Shown here piece after piece: positions 1 through 14,344 of a DNA stretch of 64,000 nt. Below the pieces are notes generated by a model. That model was not told where the DNA came from, searched no databases, and was given only the letters and a program-made list of their open reading frames with translations. Where the stretch lies: assembly GCF_009914755.1 (NCBI RefSeq), contig NC_060941.1, one strand, 5' to 3'. The position numbers were made by a program, and so were the translations under genes. The DNA comes from the human T2T-CHM13v2.0 reference genome, Homo sapiens. Every line of letters begins with the position of its first letter. Position 1 is the first letter of the stretch.

Positions 1-338
1 GGAAAATTGTTTGAAACTTCATACATTGATTTTGGTTTATTGCAAGGTAATTATTTGTGGGTTTCAAACCCCAGTATTTAACTACTCCTTCATCTGCAAG
101 CACTGATGTGCTTCCCATTATTGAAGTATAGACTAACTTTAGAAGACAGAGCCAGGAGATCTGAAACAGTGCTACACTGGGGCCATGGTTGCTGTGGGCT
201 TTGCATAGTTGTATTTGAGGTGTGAAGCCCTTTATACAAAATTTTGTGTTTTTAGATGCTACCAATAGCTGCATGCATTGTCTGCATTGTGGGTAAAGTG
301 GGACTGTAGTGCTCATCAAAGGGAGATACATAGGGCTG

Positions 339-715
339 TGACATAGTTTGGATTTGTGTCCCTCCCCGCCAAGTCTTTTAATTGTAATCCTCAGTGTTGG
401 AAGAGGGGCCTGGTGGAAGATGATTGGATTATGGGAGCAGATTTCCCCCTTGCTGTTCTCATGACAGTGAGTGAGTTCTCATGAGATCTAGTTGTTTAAA
501 AGTATTAGACCTCCTGCTCTCTCTTCCTCCTGCTCCAGCCATGTAAGATGTGCCTCTTTCCTCTTCATCATCTGCCATGATTGTAAGTTTCCTGAGGCCT
601 CCCCAGCCATGCTTCCTGCACATACTTCCTGTACATCCTGCAGAGCTGTGAGTCAATGAAACCCCTTTTCTTTATAAATTAGCCAGTCTCAGATATTTCT
701 TTATAGCAATGCAAA
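339..715 (+). mobile_element. MST-type (ERVL-MaLR) solo LTR
   Basis: tgacatagtttggatttgtgtcc...gtgagttctcatgagatct...ccagtctcagatatttctttatagcaatg matches the MSTA/MSTB pattern. Confidence 0.85.
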
Positions 716-794
716 TCCAATGCCCCACCTTGATACATGGGTACTATTACACTTCAAGATCAGATTTGGGTGGGGACACAGCCAACCCTTATCA
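716..794 (-). mobile_element. 5' fragment of a THE1/MST LTR in the opposite orientation
   Basis: The reverse complement reads tgataagggttggctgtgtccccacccaaatctgatcttgaa, the THE1/MSTA LTR start. Confidence 0.8.
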
Positions 795-967
795 TGTGAC
801 TAAGATTTGCATTTTCTTACCTAAGGAGGCATGTCACATTCTCTTTCTTCCTTGGAGCTCTTACTCCTTGTTACTAGGGCACAATTATATTCATGGAGGT
901 AAACCATATTTATTTATCTTACACAGGATTCATGAATATCTAATTTTTCTGTATGAATATGAATGTC

Positions 968-1450
968 CTGTAAAATGGTCACTAAAGATCCCCATTTTCT
1001 TGTATTCATGCCCTGTGTAAGTATGCTTCACTCAAGTGTGGACTGGACAAGGTGACTTGGTTCTAACCATTAGAATACAGAAGGGATAATGGAATGTCAT
1101 TTCCTTGATTACAGTATAAAAGAAGCAAGCTGCCAAGTTCGAGAGGCCCACATAGCTTAAAATTGAGGGCAGCTTCTGGACAACAGCCAGCTAGTAACTG
1201 AGCCCCTCAGTCCGACAGACCAAGGGGAACTGAGTAAACTGCCAATACTATGAAGTAAACTTAGAGGCAGACCTTTCCCCAGTCAAACCTTCAGATGGGA
1301 CAGCAGCCCCCTGAGCCAACTTCATGGGATTGCAAGACCATGAAGCAGAGGACCCAGCTAAGTCATTTCAAAATACCTTACACACAAAATTGCTAATCAA
1401 AAAATGTGTGTTGTTTTAATCCACTAATTTTAGGATTATTTATTATACAG
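968..1450 (+). mobile_element. MLT1-type MaLR LTR (old)
   Basis: Motifs such as cttcagatgggacagcagcc, gaagcagaggacccagctaag and ccactaattttaggattatttattatacag. Confidence 0.7.
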
Positions 1451-2574
1451 TGAAAGATATTGAATACAATGGATGTTGGACGTTGAGGAACGAATGTGAC
1501 TGGTGAACTTGGGGCCCAAATGTTGGGAATGCACAGGTGCATCTGAAACTTTGCTAATGCTAGTTGACATGTGCTGTAGTTCATGAGATATCTAAAGCCC
1601 TTATGAAAGTATTGGATAGGATTCAGGAAGAATGCGACCAACGGATTTCTTCTACTTTTTGGTGTTGTACTGTTGGGAGAGGGGACTGACTAGAGGGAGA
1701 CTTGGGAATGATATCACAGTAATAAAATACATTTAGATAGGCAACATTAAGTTAATGAAGTATGTTTAGATTCTGGGAACCAGGCTGGTTTTCATTTATT
1801 CTTTGGAATATAATGGGGATGCTGCTATAAATGGGCAGTCACCATAATGGTAAAATCTTTGAGTGTTTAGAAAATCATGTAACTCAGAAGCATTAGCATG
1901 AGAAGAGGCTATTAAAGCCAGTGCAAATTGCAAAACTATGCTGTTTCAGAAAAAAAAAATCGTAAACTAGTACTTGGCTCTGAATTGAATATTAAATAAG
2001 ACATTGTAACACCCTGTGGATTTGGCAAAACCAAGTTCCCATGCATTTTTTAGCTTTTACCTGAATCTAAAATTTTTCACCTCACATGAATAAAGCCCAC
2101 CCAAGGTTCAAGTGAAAAGTGACAGATTTAAAGCACAAGGGATTGTATCCTGGATCTAAAGATCAAAGAGTGGTATAAATTAGATTTTGTAACTACTGTC
2201 AACACAAAGGCTTCACATCTTGAGAAAAAGAGACAAGGCATTGAGAGGAAGCAATAATTTTTCACAGAAGCTACAGGAAGTCACTGTCATGCTGAGAATG
2301 TGTTGCTCAGCTCTGGAGTGTGCCTCTAGTTCTCTGTTTTAGAAATATTGCACACATTTCATTAAGTGTAAACACATCTCTATTATAAAACTGTCAAGGA
2401 GGAGATAAGATAAAAATTTATCATAAACCACAGTAAATTGGGAGAGACACTCTGGTTATAAATAGATTCACTTCAAGATTTGCTTTCTAACAGGGTCTGG
2501 GAGGAAGAGTGGGGAAAAACTCTAACAAATTCCTTTCCATGCTTCTTGAAAATAAATTACTTTTTTCCACATTG

Positions 2575-3445
2575 ATTTATTTTTAAATTGACATAATAAA
2601 ATTGTATATATTTATTGTGTATAACATGATGTTTTGAAGTATATATATACATTGTGGAATAGTTAAATCTAGCTAATTAAATTCATTACCTCACATAATT
2701 ATCATTTTTTGTGGGCATAACACTTAACACCCACTGTCTTAGCATTTTTTGAGAATTTAATACATTGTCATTAACTACAGTCATTGTGCTGTACAATACA
2801 CCTCAAACTTATTGCTCCTATTTAACTGTAAATATGTATTTGCTGACCAACATCTTCCTAAGCCCTCCTTTCCCCTAGCCACCCCAGCCTCTGGAAACAA
2901 CCATTCTACTCTCTAATTATGTATGATCAACTTTTTAAGATTCCACATATAAGTGAGATCATGTGGTATTTGTCTTTCTGTGACTGGCTTATTTCACTTA
3001 ATGTCTTCCAGATTCATCCATGTTGTCACAAATGGGAGAATTTTCTTCCTTTTTAGGGCAGAATAGTATTTCATTGCGTATATATAACACATTTTCTTTT
3101 ATTTTACGTCAGGAGTTACATGTGCAGGTTTGTTACATAGGTAACTTGTATCATGGGGGTTTGTTGTAAAGATTTATCACTCAGGTGCTAAGCCTACTAC
3201 CTAATAATTATTTTTTCTGCTCGTCTCTCTCCTCCTACACTTCACCCTGAAGTAGGCCCTGGGTCTGTTGTTCTCTTCTTTGTGTTCATGAGTTCTCATC
3301 ATTTAGCTCCCACTTATGAGTGAAAACATACATATATACCACATTTTCTTTATCCACTCATCGGTTGATAGACACTTAGGTTGCTTTCATATCTTGGCCT
3401 TTGTGAATAGAGCCGTAATGAACATGGGAATGAAGATATCTCTTA
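2575..3445 (-). mobile_element. L1MA-type 3' end, interrupted by a younger L1 fragment
   Basis: Typical antisense L1MA 3' UTR/ORF2 end (ttccacatataagtgagatcatg...tttatccactcatc). Confidence 0.85.
3100..3332 (-). mobile_element. Short L1PA/PB 3' fragment inserted into the L1MA
   Basis: catgtgcaggtttgttacataggta...ctcccacttatgagtgaaaacat, flanked by a TSD of about 19 bp, tatata(a/c)cacattttcttt (3081-3099, 3333-3351). Confidence 0.75.
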
Positions 3446-4399
3446 AAAAAGGAATTGCAAATGGCATTCATTTATGAACCAAATAGTTGTTAATACTACC
3501 CATTACTAATTTTTAAAAATGGGTGTTTTGATGTCTCCTAGCTTCTTTACTTATACTTGCACATTTGGCTTTGGGATATTCATAGGGCAAAATTCATTCT
3601 AACAAAGAAGAATTTTAAAATGTGTCAACCCTTTATCTGAACTCTAAAGAAGTAATATTTATCCTAATTGAGAAAACATTTTGGAACATGTACAAAAAAC
3701 ATGTTTTTGTACCTTCCCTCAACCTCTCATTTATGTAAGTTAGATAGATCCCTCACTTCAAGCTGATTATCTGGAGCATATGGTACTGGGAAAACAGATA
3801 AGTGTAGGCTTATCTTTTTGATGGCCATGTATCCATCAAAATGTAACTATACTGCCAATCATTCTTTAGGTTTTAGGTAAAAACATAAATAAATCCTGTC
3901 CATTTTTATAGAACCTCAGAGTTTACTGGATGTTTTTGTAATCTAGCAAGGAGGGGCTTGGTAATTAATATCATATTTACATTTTATATCAATTTTCATT
4001 TGTTGTGTGCACAAATATGTTTAGGTTAACTGTTCTATAAACTGTGTATGATCCTCATTTCATTCGGTGGTTTTATTCTGAATTGTGGTGGGCCATTCTG
4101 AATTATGTTTTTAGAAAGTATCAATTTGATAAACATCTTAAAATATTATTATAAATAGATTAGTAACTTCAAGGTTGATGTAAATAGATCACTCAATTTT
4201 GACTGAATAAATGTGGAATGAATTAACACTGCTGGAGGTAGAAAGACTCAGTTTTGCATGGTCTTGCCTTTGATCTAGTTCTCAAATTTCCTCCTGGCAC
4301 AGAATATTTATAGTGAGCCTTCTGGAATTGCCACTTGATAACCCGCAACATGTTGCAAGATGTTGTTATAGCTACAACATCTCCCACTTCTTTTCGATA

Positions 4400-5300
4400 A
4401 TTTGCTTCAGCTTAAACTTGGCTCTGTCTTACTGCCATTCAGGAAGTGTCTGTTTATGCATTCAACCTCGCTTACCTCACGGTTGAGGGGTGGGCTACCT
4501 ATCCTCTTTGCTCTCCATTGCAGAGTAGTATATCACCATCTCTAAAAACAAAAACTACTCATTTGAGACCAATGGCATTTATTTATTCTACCCTTGCCCC
4601 TCCTCAAAGCTGCCCTCGAATGACCACCTATTCACCATCCGTCATTCATCAAAGACATTGACATTTGTCTCGTCACCTTCCTCTCTACTCTAACCTTGCT
4701 ATCCTCTTGGGTATCCTCAATCCTCCAACGACTGCATGAACAACCCAGTGAATACCATGGCTTCCTGGTTTCCAGCCCCCACTCTTCCAGTTTCCTTCTC
4801 CTCCGTACCCCTTCAACCACCCACTCCCACAAGAACATTTTGGAAATATCACCAAAAACCATCCCACCGACAGAATTAATAATTCAAGCATCTTTCCCTC
4901 TCACCATAGCCCCCTCTACCTTCAGATTATTAATCTACCCCTGTAGACCATCTTTGATCATTTTCACAATGTCTGGTGTTTTAATCTTCAACTTTCTCCC
5001 AAACTGTTGGCTTTTCCCTTTCTTCCCTTTCACTCTTTTTTATTTTATTTTAATTTATTTTAATTATTTTAATTTTTTAATTTTTTATTTTTTCCCTTTC
5101 ACTCTTAATAGCTCAAAATATATAATTCATTATTTCCATGATACTGCCTCAAATGCCAAACTCTCTTGCTTCTCTGTTTTTTCTTTTTTTTACCCATATG
5201 ATAACACTTAAGATAAACTAAGCCATCTTCTAACTCCATGCCTTCATTCAAGCAGCCAAGAGATACATGATAAAGTCACACCAATAGCAGATTCACTCCC
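4400..5300 (+). mobile_element. Degraded L2 remnants
   Basis: C/T-rich degenerate L2 ORF2-like sequence; boundaries approximate. Confidence 0.45.
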
Positions 5301-5309
5301 ACACATTTT

Positions 5310-5490
5310 ATTTATTTTTTAAATTATTTATTTTTATTTTTTAGAGACAGCCTTCTTCTGTCATCTAGGCTGGAGTGCAGTGGTGCTATCATAGCTCACT
5401 GCAAACTTTGAAATCCTGGCCTCAAGTGATCCTCTCACCTTGGCTCCCCCAAAGTGCTGGGATTATACGTGTGAGTCACTGTGCCCCACC
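5310..5490 (-). mobile_element. FLAM/AluJ monomer
   Basis: Single Alu arm with a T-rich tail. Confidence 0.8.
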
Positions 5491-5924
5491 AGCCTATTCC
5501 TGCAAATTTTCACTGCTCCATATTTAGATCTAATCATCCACTCTGATATTTTCCACAAATGATATCTCTCTTTAAAACAACTGTTGTGAACTCTATCACT
5601 TGCATAAATAGGGAATACAATGGCTATACCGTGTAAAGGATATTGATACCATAAACACTCAGGTGCCCACCAATCACTATAAGAAATAGAAAATTACGTG
5701 ACACAGTGGCTTTTCAAATATTTCCTGCTCTCCTTCATTTTCTGACTTCCTTATCACACCCACACACAGTAGATATCATCAGAGTGCAGCTCCCATTTTC
5801 CAGGTTCCAAATCTACAGACCTGGCACCATAGGCATCTACTCATCCTCCTTCCTCCAGTTTCTATAAACATGTTCATTTTTAAGGTCATTTTATAAGCAA
5901 TCCCTTAGAGAGAGAACTCTCTTA

Positions 5925-6268
<344 letters not shown>

Positions 6269-6479
6269 TTCCTTGAACCAACATGCCCTTCAGGTACCAA
6301 TCCATTTCTTGCTTTCTTTCCGCAGTCCAATTTCTCAAGCGTTGCCAGTACTCGCTATCTTAGTTTTTCCCACCCACTACTCATTACTTAACCCACACTG
6401 GTCTGGCTTCTGTACCCATAACTCCTCAAACAGCTCTTACGCATTCAACCTGTGGCCTCCAAGTGGTTTTGTCTGGTAA

Positions 6480-8110
6480 AACATTTTTAAAAATCATCCT
6501 TTGTGTCCTTGGAGTAGAAAGGAAGACTTCAGTATGTGTTTTGTCCGTCATTTTCATGGAAGTTTTTTCTGCATCTTTTTTTTTTTTTTTTTGCTGCATT
6601 CTATAATATATTTTGGGTAAGGGGCCTTCCTGTATTAGGTGGGTGACTCTACAGATCTTTGGACTATATAACTCCACTGTAACTTGTGTGTTCTTTCTTA
6701 CATCATGAGGTCTCAGCTTAAGGGCAACCACTCTACACTCTGTGCAGGGGTCTTCTGGGCTCCTGAATACCCTCACTTTGCTGCCTGCCAATTACTCCCT
6801 GGTGTTCCTGCCACCCTCTGCTGCCGTGTCTTTCAGGAAGTCTATTGCGTGAGGCTGCAACTGGCTGTGAAATCTAGTGAATAATATCCTGAGACAGCTG
6901 AGCCCATTAAATAACTCTTAAAAATGTACTCCAGGTTTGTTCTGATAGTTAGCTGGCATTATCCCCCGGCCCATGTATTAGGGCACTCACCCACACTAAG
7001 TTCTGATCTTACATTTTCTCCCCTCCTCTCCACTCCACTCTGCTTAGTGAGAAATTCTTGACGAGATCTTGAGCCATCAGCTCAGTCCAAGAAAACTTCA
7101 ATTTGCTAGCCTGAATCTCTGTTTCTAGCCCTTAATTTTTTACTTGAAGCCATTCTAAGATTTTAATAGGGTAACATGTTTCCTTAACTCATGGGGGATG
7201 AGGGGGGCCTCTCCGCATGTCTAAATTACCGAGAGTGATAAACATTTCAGTCCCTGTGATGCCATCTGCTTTCTGCTCTCCAGAAGTTGTTTCTAATTTG
7301 TTTTTTGGTACTCTCATTTTGTTTCCCGACAATGCTCCAGAAGTTTTCTTTGTTTTTATATTTTTGGATTTCTGTATTATGGAGAGGGATGGGGTGCTAA
7401 AAAGTTTCTCACTTTGCCATCTTAAAACTGAAAAGCTACCTTCTCTGATGGGTTCTGTGAGTTGTATAAATGTATCATTTGAATCCAGTGGTTTGAGAAA
7501 TATGATCTCATCCAAGCAGCCCAAACTCAAAGCCTGGTCCACTTTCTGCCCATACGACAGGGGCGAGTGACTGCAACACACACCCCAGCTGTCTCACATG
7601 TAGCATGGAAATTGATCATTGTTCAGAGTAAATGAAGTCCTATTTTCAAAGTCACTTAGCACACTGCCTGAGACATTGTGGGTGCAGGCTGGAAGGAGGT
7701 TTTACTGGACAATTTGAATACAGTCATGCAGTGGGGAAGTTCACCCATATCTTTTCTCCTATGCTGCTCAGAATGAAGAGGTTGGTGTCTCCACTTCCTA
7801 GAGTGTATTGTGGGTCAAGGTTTGCTCCTATGGAGGGCTTCCAGTCCTGCCATTTGGTCCAGTCCATGTGTCTCTAAACCTGGGGAATCTTTATCAGGTC
7901 AAAGCTAGAATTTTCCTTTTTTTTTTTTTTTCCTGGTACCAGGTAGCTGTCAGCAGCACAGGTTTACATGTTCCTAGTACCTTTTGTTATTTGGTACTCT
8001 CATCTTGTTTTCCAGCAGTGCTTCAGAGGTTTTCCCTGTTTTTCTATGTTTGCATTTCTGTATTATGAAAAAGGATAGAATGCTAAAAAAATTTCAATTT
8101 TTCTCAATTT
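6480..8110 (-). mobile_element. Ancient L1M/HAL1-like 5' region with repeated monomer-like units
   Basis: YY1-like starts on the minus strand (aagatggcaa near 7420, gaaaatgacgga near 6550) and an internal 107-bp duplicate. Family uncertain. Confidence 0.4.
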
Positions 8111-9789
8111 CTAGTTCCAATAGAAATAAATTTACTTATTCCCCCAAATTTCCCATGCCAAGAGATTTAAAATTGAGTACCTTTCTTAAAAAGAGAAAAA
8201 TGTCTAGGATGGATGGAGTATACTGGAAGGCCGAGGTGGATCAGCTAGGCCTGGACCTCACAGATGGTCCCATCTGAGCCACAGAAACTATGATTGGGAC
8301 AGGTGTTTTTTTCCCAAGGAAAATCAGAAGGGTGAATGAATGCTTGGCAGGAAAAAACAACAGGCATCCATTACGTGCACTATCTTCCTTTTCTGTTTGT
8401 GGTGGCCATCTGAAGTCAGGGGGAGCACTAGGGACCCTCATTAGCGTCTTTGAATGCCCTCCTTACAAGAACGTGATGCCAGTCCATGCCACGTGAAAGC
8501 TGAGGTCAAACGTTGTGGACAGATGTCCTGTGTGCACTGTCCTGGTGCAGCTGCCAAAATCCTTTGATTTATCCCAAGCCAACTGTCTAGTTATTTTCCT
8601 TACTGGCCATTCGCTACTCACTGGGGGGTTTCCCAGGGATGTTCCATCTATTTTCTTCTATTTACTTTCTGTGTTAAATCTCTTATTTTCCTCCATCTGA
8701 CATAACTTACACAACATCATTACTGACTTATTAATGCCACTTTTCTGATTCTTAGTGCTAATGACTTTCTTCTTTTTATATTTGTTGGTCAATTCTATGG
8801 ATTCTGAGAGAAAGCAAATTTAAATATGCAAAATTGAATTGCCATGTTATATTTAAACTCACACTTAAAACCTGTAATCATCTTCACTTTGTGTTCAGTA
8901 TTTCTTCATACTCTGTTTTGCCATTTTATGCCATATGCTCTGATCAGCACACATATACTCAGATTGCTAAGTACCAGTCATGACTATTCTAATTTATTTG
9001 AACCAAGGGGCATTGAGAAAAGACCATGAATGATGCTCCCAAACCATCACGATCCTTGTAAGAATCCTTAAGGCAATAACTTTCAATGTGAAGTTGATTC
9101 TAACTTGCCTAGTTGTTCAATAAATATTAAATGGTAATGATTCCAAAGAAACCATGTTGTTGGTAATCTCATCCTATTTAATATTGTATCTCTGCAATCA
9201 TGTATGAGTAAATTCTTCAAAAATCAAATTTAGTATTTTCATAATATTGCTGAAATTATAAACCGCTGTGTTATTGTGTCTTTCCACTTAGTTTCATTTT
9301 TCAACAATAGCACACTAAAATGAAATATCATTCTGAAATAACTAAAAAAAGGTAGCAATGATTATTGTTTGTTCCTTTGGAAAAAATATTTTTAGAAGGT
9401 GAGATAACTTAGGTTTGAAGTTTTCCTCCGAATGTTTACAAGAGGGAACATGGGGTCCGAACTGTTGTAGACAATAGACAAATAGGTTTCTCGGCGGCCA
9501 GAATCTGATTACGGTGAAAACAGAACCTTACTGTGGGAACTGGAGAGAGCAGTGCCTCTTGAACTTAACCAAGTGAGTGTATTTTAGCCCAAGATAAACA
9601 AAATCATTGCAGGGTTTTGACCTGAAAATGAGGTTAGAGATAATACTATAATATTTCAGTTGTACAAATCAAGACATAAACATGTTCCATCCTCTGCAGT
9701 TGCATGAAGCAATATATGTGCTTGTTCAAACAACAGACCAACCTGCCTGGGTTGGAATCCCGGCTCTGCTTTTACAAACTGTGTATAAT

Positions 9790-10202
9790 AGATAACATTG
9801 ATACCTGCCTTGATCTCCTTTTCTGGGTCAGTGCACGCATCTCCAGCTGCAATGAATTTTGTTTGCTCTTGGCTCTTAGCCGCTCTCTTCCAATAATTGC
9901 CTTGGGCCAAATCGGAGCCATCTCATCATCCCCCATGATGGCAAGCGACCATTGACTAAGTGACATGCAGGGTACAAAGACCAGCACACGGGCCTTAAGT
10001 GACACCAACTCTGTGTCGCAATCCACTCTCCAGAGCTCCAGGCTGAATCTGTTCTCCATCCTAGACCATTCCTTGCTTAGTTTATTCCTCCTTATCTGCC
10101 TTGCTTCCTTTACTCTCCTTCTCTGAGAGTGTTCCGTCAGTAAATCACTTTCACAAGAATCCTTACATTAGGAGCTGCTTCCAGGGCACCCAAACTAAGC
10201 CA
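9790..10202 (+). mobile_element. LTR16-type ERVL LTR (5' LTR of the adjacent provirus)
   Basis: ccactctccagagctcc...gtaaatcactttcacaagaatcc...ctgcttccagggcacccaaactaagcca, an LTR16-like 3' end. Confidence 0.75.
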
Positions 10203-12140
10203 GTTGGTTCTGCAATTGTTCCTAGGAAGTAGACACAGGCAGGATGGGATTCCAGAGGTTAATCACTTGTCTCTTCAAAGGCAAGTAGGAGCCTATTACT
10301 GGTGGCAGCTGGAGTATTGATAGTTACTGGCATGCTCTAGGAGGTTACAACTTTATCTATGTTGAGATAGCACAGGGGAACAGTAACTATCAGGGCTATG
10401 AAACTGAGTGGCCATTGATAAGGACTAATAATGCATTGAGGAGAGAAACAAAAAGGCTCAGTTCTATTAAAAATAAATTAAAAACAAAGTGTGAAAGTCA
10501 GAGAATCTTCTTGGTAGCATTTAAAGGGATATTTGTCTTTTGCAGCCAGAGGACAGCAATACTAAAAACAAGACTCAGGAGTTAACTTTAAAAATGAAAG
10601 AACGTCAAAGAAGGCTGAATTCTTAGCCCAAACAAGTCTTTTATGTTGAAGTTAGGGTCCTGGTATAGAAGAAGTGGGACTCTGAGACATGGAATGGGGA
10701 CATATATGTAGACACTGAGAAGTGTCCCACTCTCTTTGTTGAAAGGTGGAAGTGGCCCCTTCTACTTGTTCAAAGACTATGCAGAGGCCTTAAATGAATC
10801 AGGTGCAGTATAAGAAAATGCTTGCCTTCCCCAGGATTTGCAACCACTTGGACACTAGACTCATTAATAGGGCAAGAGTTCAGCATAACCAGAATAACTC
10901 TACTGGAGATCTGGTCCTGCTGAAGAGAGGGATCATATATCAAAGGAAATGCAGGACGTGATTCATGTGTGCAAGTAGGAGAGTGTGGAAGTGAATCATC
11001 CGCATGCCGGATCAAGGACAGTCAAATAAAAGCTGGAGAAAGAAGAGATTATCAATATGAGATCCCTTTTCTATGACACAAGATTAAACACCATGGCAAT
11101 GGCTCTGAGTGACAGGTTTAGTAAGCTGCTAGGAAGGTTCCTGGAAGCATGAAAAAAGTGATGATGCATATTAAACAAAGTGAAGATGCTATAACTTCCA
11201 TGGAAGTCTATAGAGAAAATATTTCAAGGACCCAGGGGATTTGGCATGCCAGAATGTATTTACTGTATAAAGCTGGGAAACCCACTAATGTGTACATTCC
11301 TTGGGAGGGCTTAGAGGACACTTTATCAAAGCAGTAGGAATGAGCTGGTGAGGAAGGTGTCAGTATTGTTGAGAAGCCCAGTGGTGCTGTCCTTTATGGG
11401 CAGGGTTGACAGTAGGAGATGCTGTAATTGTGCCTCCCAGGAGCAATGCGGATGATAGGATTTTAGAATAGCAGAGGCCAACAGACAGCACTTAACCAAT
11501 GGAAATTAGATGGGCATAATTAGCATAATGCAAAGCAACTTGGGATGACAGTCAGGGGAACCTGATCCACAGGGATTTACGGTGATGGCTAATAGAACAT
11601 GATGTCCATAAGAATGGGATAGATGGGAACTCAGTGACAATATTATTAATATACATACCCTAAGAAATCAAGAACAGACAAGCAGAAAACAAGAAGCTGA
11701 CCCAACAGGAAGTCTCCTGATCTTGCCCAGTTTCCAGACCGAAGTCATTTCTCAGTTGCAGCATCTACAGACAGAGAGTCCAGAGCCCCATGAAGAAAGA
11801 CTCTACCACAGTGTGTACGGTAATTCTCCCTCCGACCTTCCTTAAGGGGACCTCCAGAAATTACTCAGGTAACCACATATTAAGGAAAGGGGAAGACCCA
11901 GATCTTTTGAGGGCTTTTCAACACAGAGCCTGATTTGATGCTGGTACTTGGAAACCCCAAGAGCCATGATGCCCCCTGCTCCTGTTAGAGTAGGTGTATG
12001 TGTGAGGATCAGGTAATAACTGAAGTTCTGACTCAGGTCTGTCTTAAACTGGGTCCACTGGGGCCCTGTAGGTACCTGGAGGTCATTTCCCTGATTTCCA
12101 AATGTGTAACTGCAATGACATATGAGTTGCAGCCATATTC
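10203..12140 (+). mobile_element. ERVL internal remnant (gag-protease), decayed
   Basis: Gag-like PWEGLEDT near 11300 (ERVL PWEGPEDT). The region 11885-12130 aligns by eye with the ERVL protease GKG..F.GLLDTG.ELTL.PG.PK...PVRVG, carrying stops and frameshifts. Confidence 0.8.
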
Positions 12141-12599
12141 CTAAGTGAGGAATATACTGCTTCCAGATCTTGAAGATAATTACAAAGCACTGGGCTTTCT
12201 TTTTAGTAAATAAAGATTTAAACATGATGTTTAAAAATACTGAGAAGACCAAGTCCCAGTAAAATCCAGATCTCTAGGTCCCTGAAAAAATATGGTGATC
12301 CTTGAGTTTTACAGGGTTTATCTCCCACACTTTGGGGTGCATATTTCTTACCAAAGCCTCCAATCTATTTGCTACCTCTTGCTCGTGTGTATGGATCACC
12401 ATGATGGTGCTGATTTGGTGGATTAATGTGATGTTCTGTGGAATGTCCAACTGGTCTCATTCCCTTGTACTATGGGATGACAGAGGGTAGGGCAATTAAT
12501 GCAGCCCTGGGGACAGACTTTAAGTGAACGTAATGTGCCTCTGATCCTTCTTCCAGCTAGAAATGAAAGAGAACGCAGGTTTACCAGCACACTCCTGGA

Positions 12600-13950
<1,351 letters not shown>

Positions 13951-14041
13951 CTATTATTCCTTTCATACTCATTACATTTTGGAAAACTATATGCCCTCTC
14001 ACACATTCATTTTGCTGTCATTTAATTGGTCATAGTATTTT

Positions 14042-14334
14042 ATTTTTTTTTTTTTGAGACGGAGTCTTGCTCTGTTGCCAGGCTGGAGTGCAGTGGTGTG
14101 ATCTCGGCTCACTGCAATCTCTGACTCCCTGGTTCAAGTGATTCTCTTGCCTTGGCCTCCTGAGTAGCTGGGATTACAAGCATGTGCCACCATGCCCAGC
14201 TAATTTTTGTATTTTTAGTAGAGACGGGGTTTCACCATGTTGGCCAGAATGGTCTCGATGTCCTGACCTCATGATCCTCCCACCTTGGCCTCCCAAAGTG
14301 CTGGGATTACCAGCATGAGCCACTGTGCCCGACG
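14042..14334 (-). mobile_element. AluS (AluSc-like)
   Basis: Full Alu with TSD gg(tc/tt)atagtatttt. Confidence 0.93.
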
Positions 14335-14344
14335 GGTTATAGTA

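Noticed and set aside
4696-5211. 171-aa ORF with a hydrophobic tail
   Set aside because: L2-derived C/T-rich sequence plus a T-rich low-complexity tract mimicking a transmembrane segment.
6426-6791. 121-aa basic ORF, considered as a processed pseudogene
   Set aside because: I recognise no protein match. The poly-Lys comes from a T-run, and no TSD/poly(A) structure is present.
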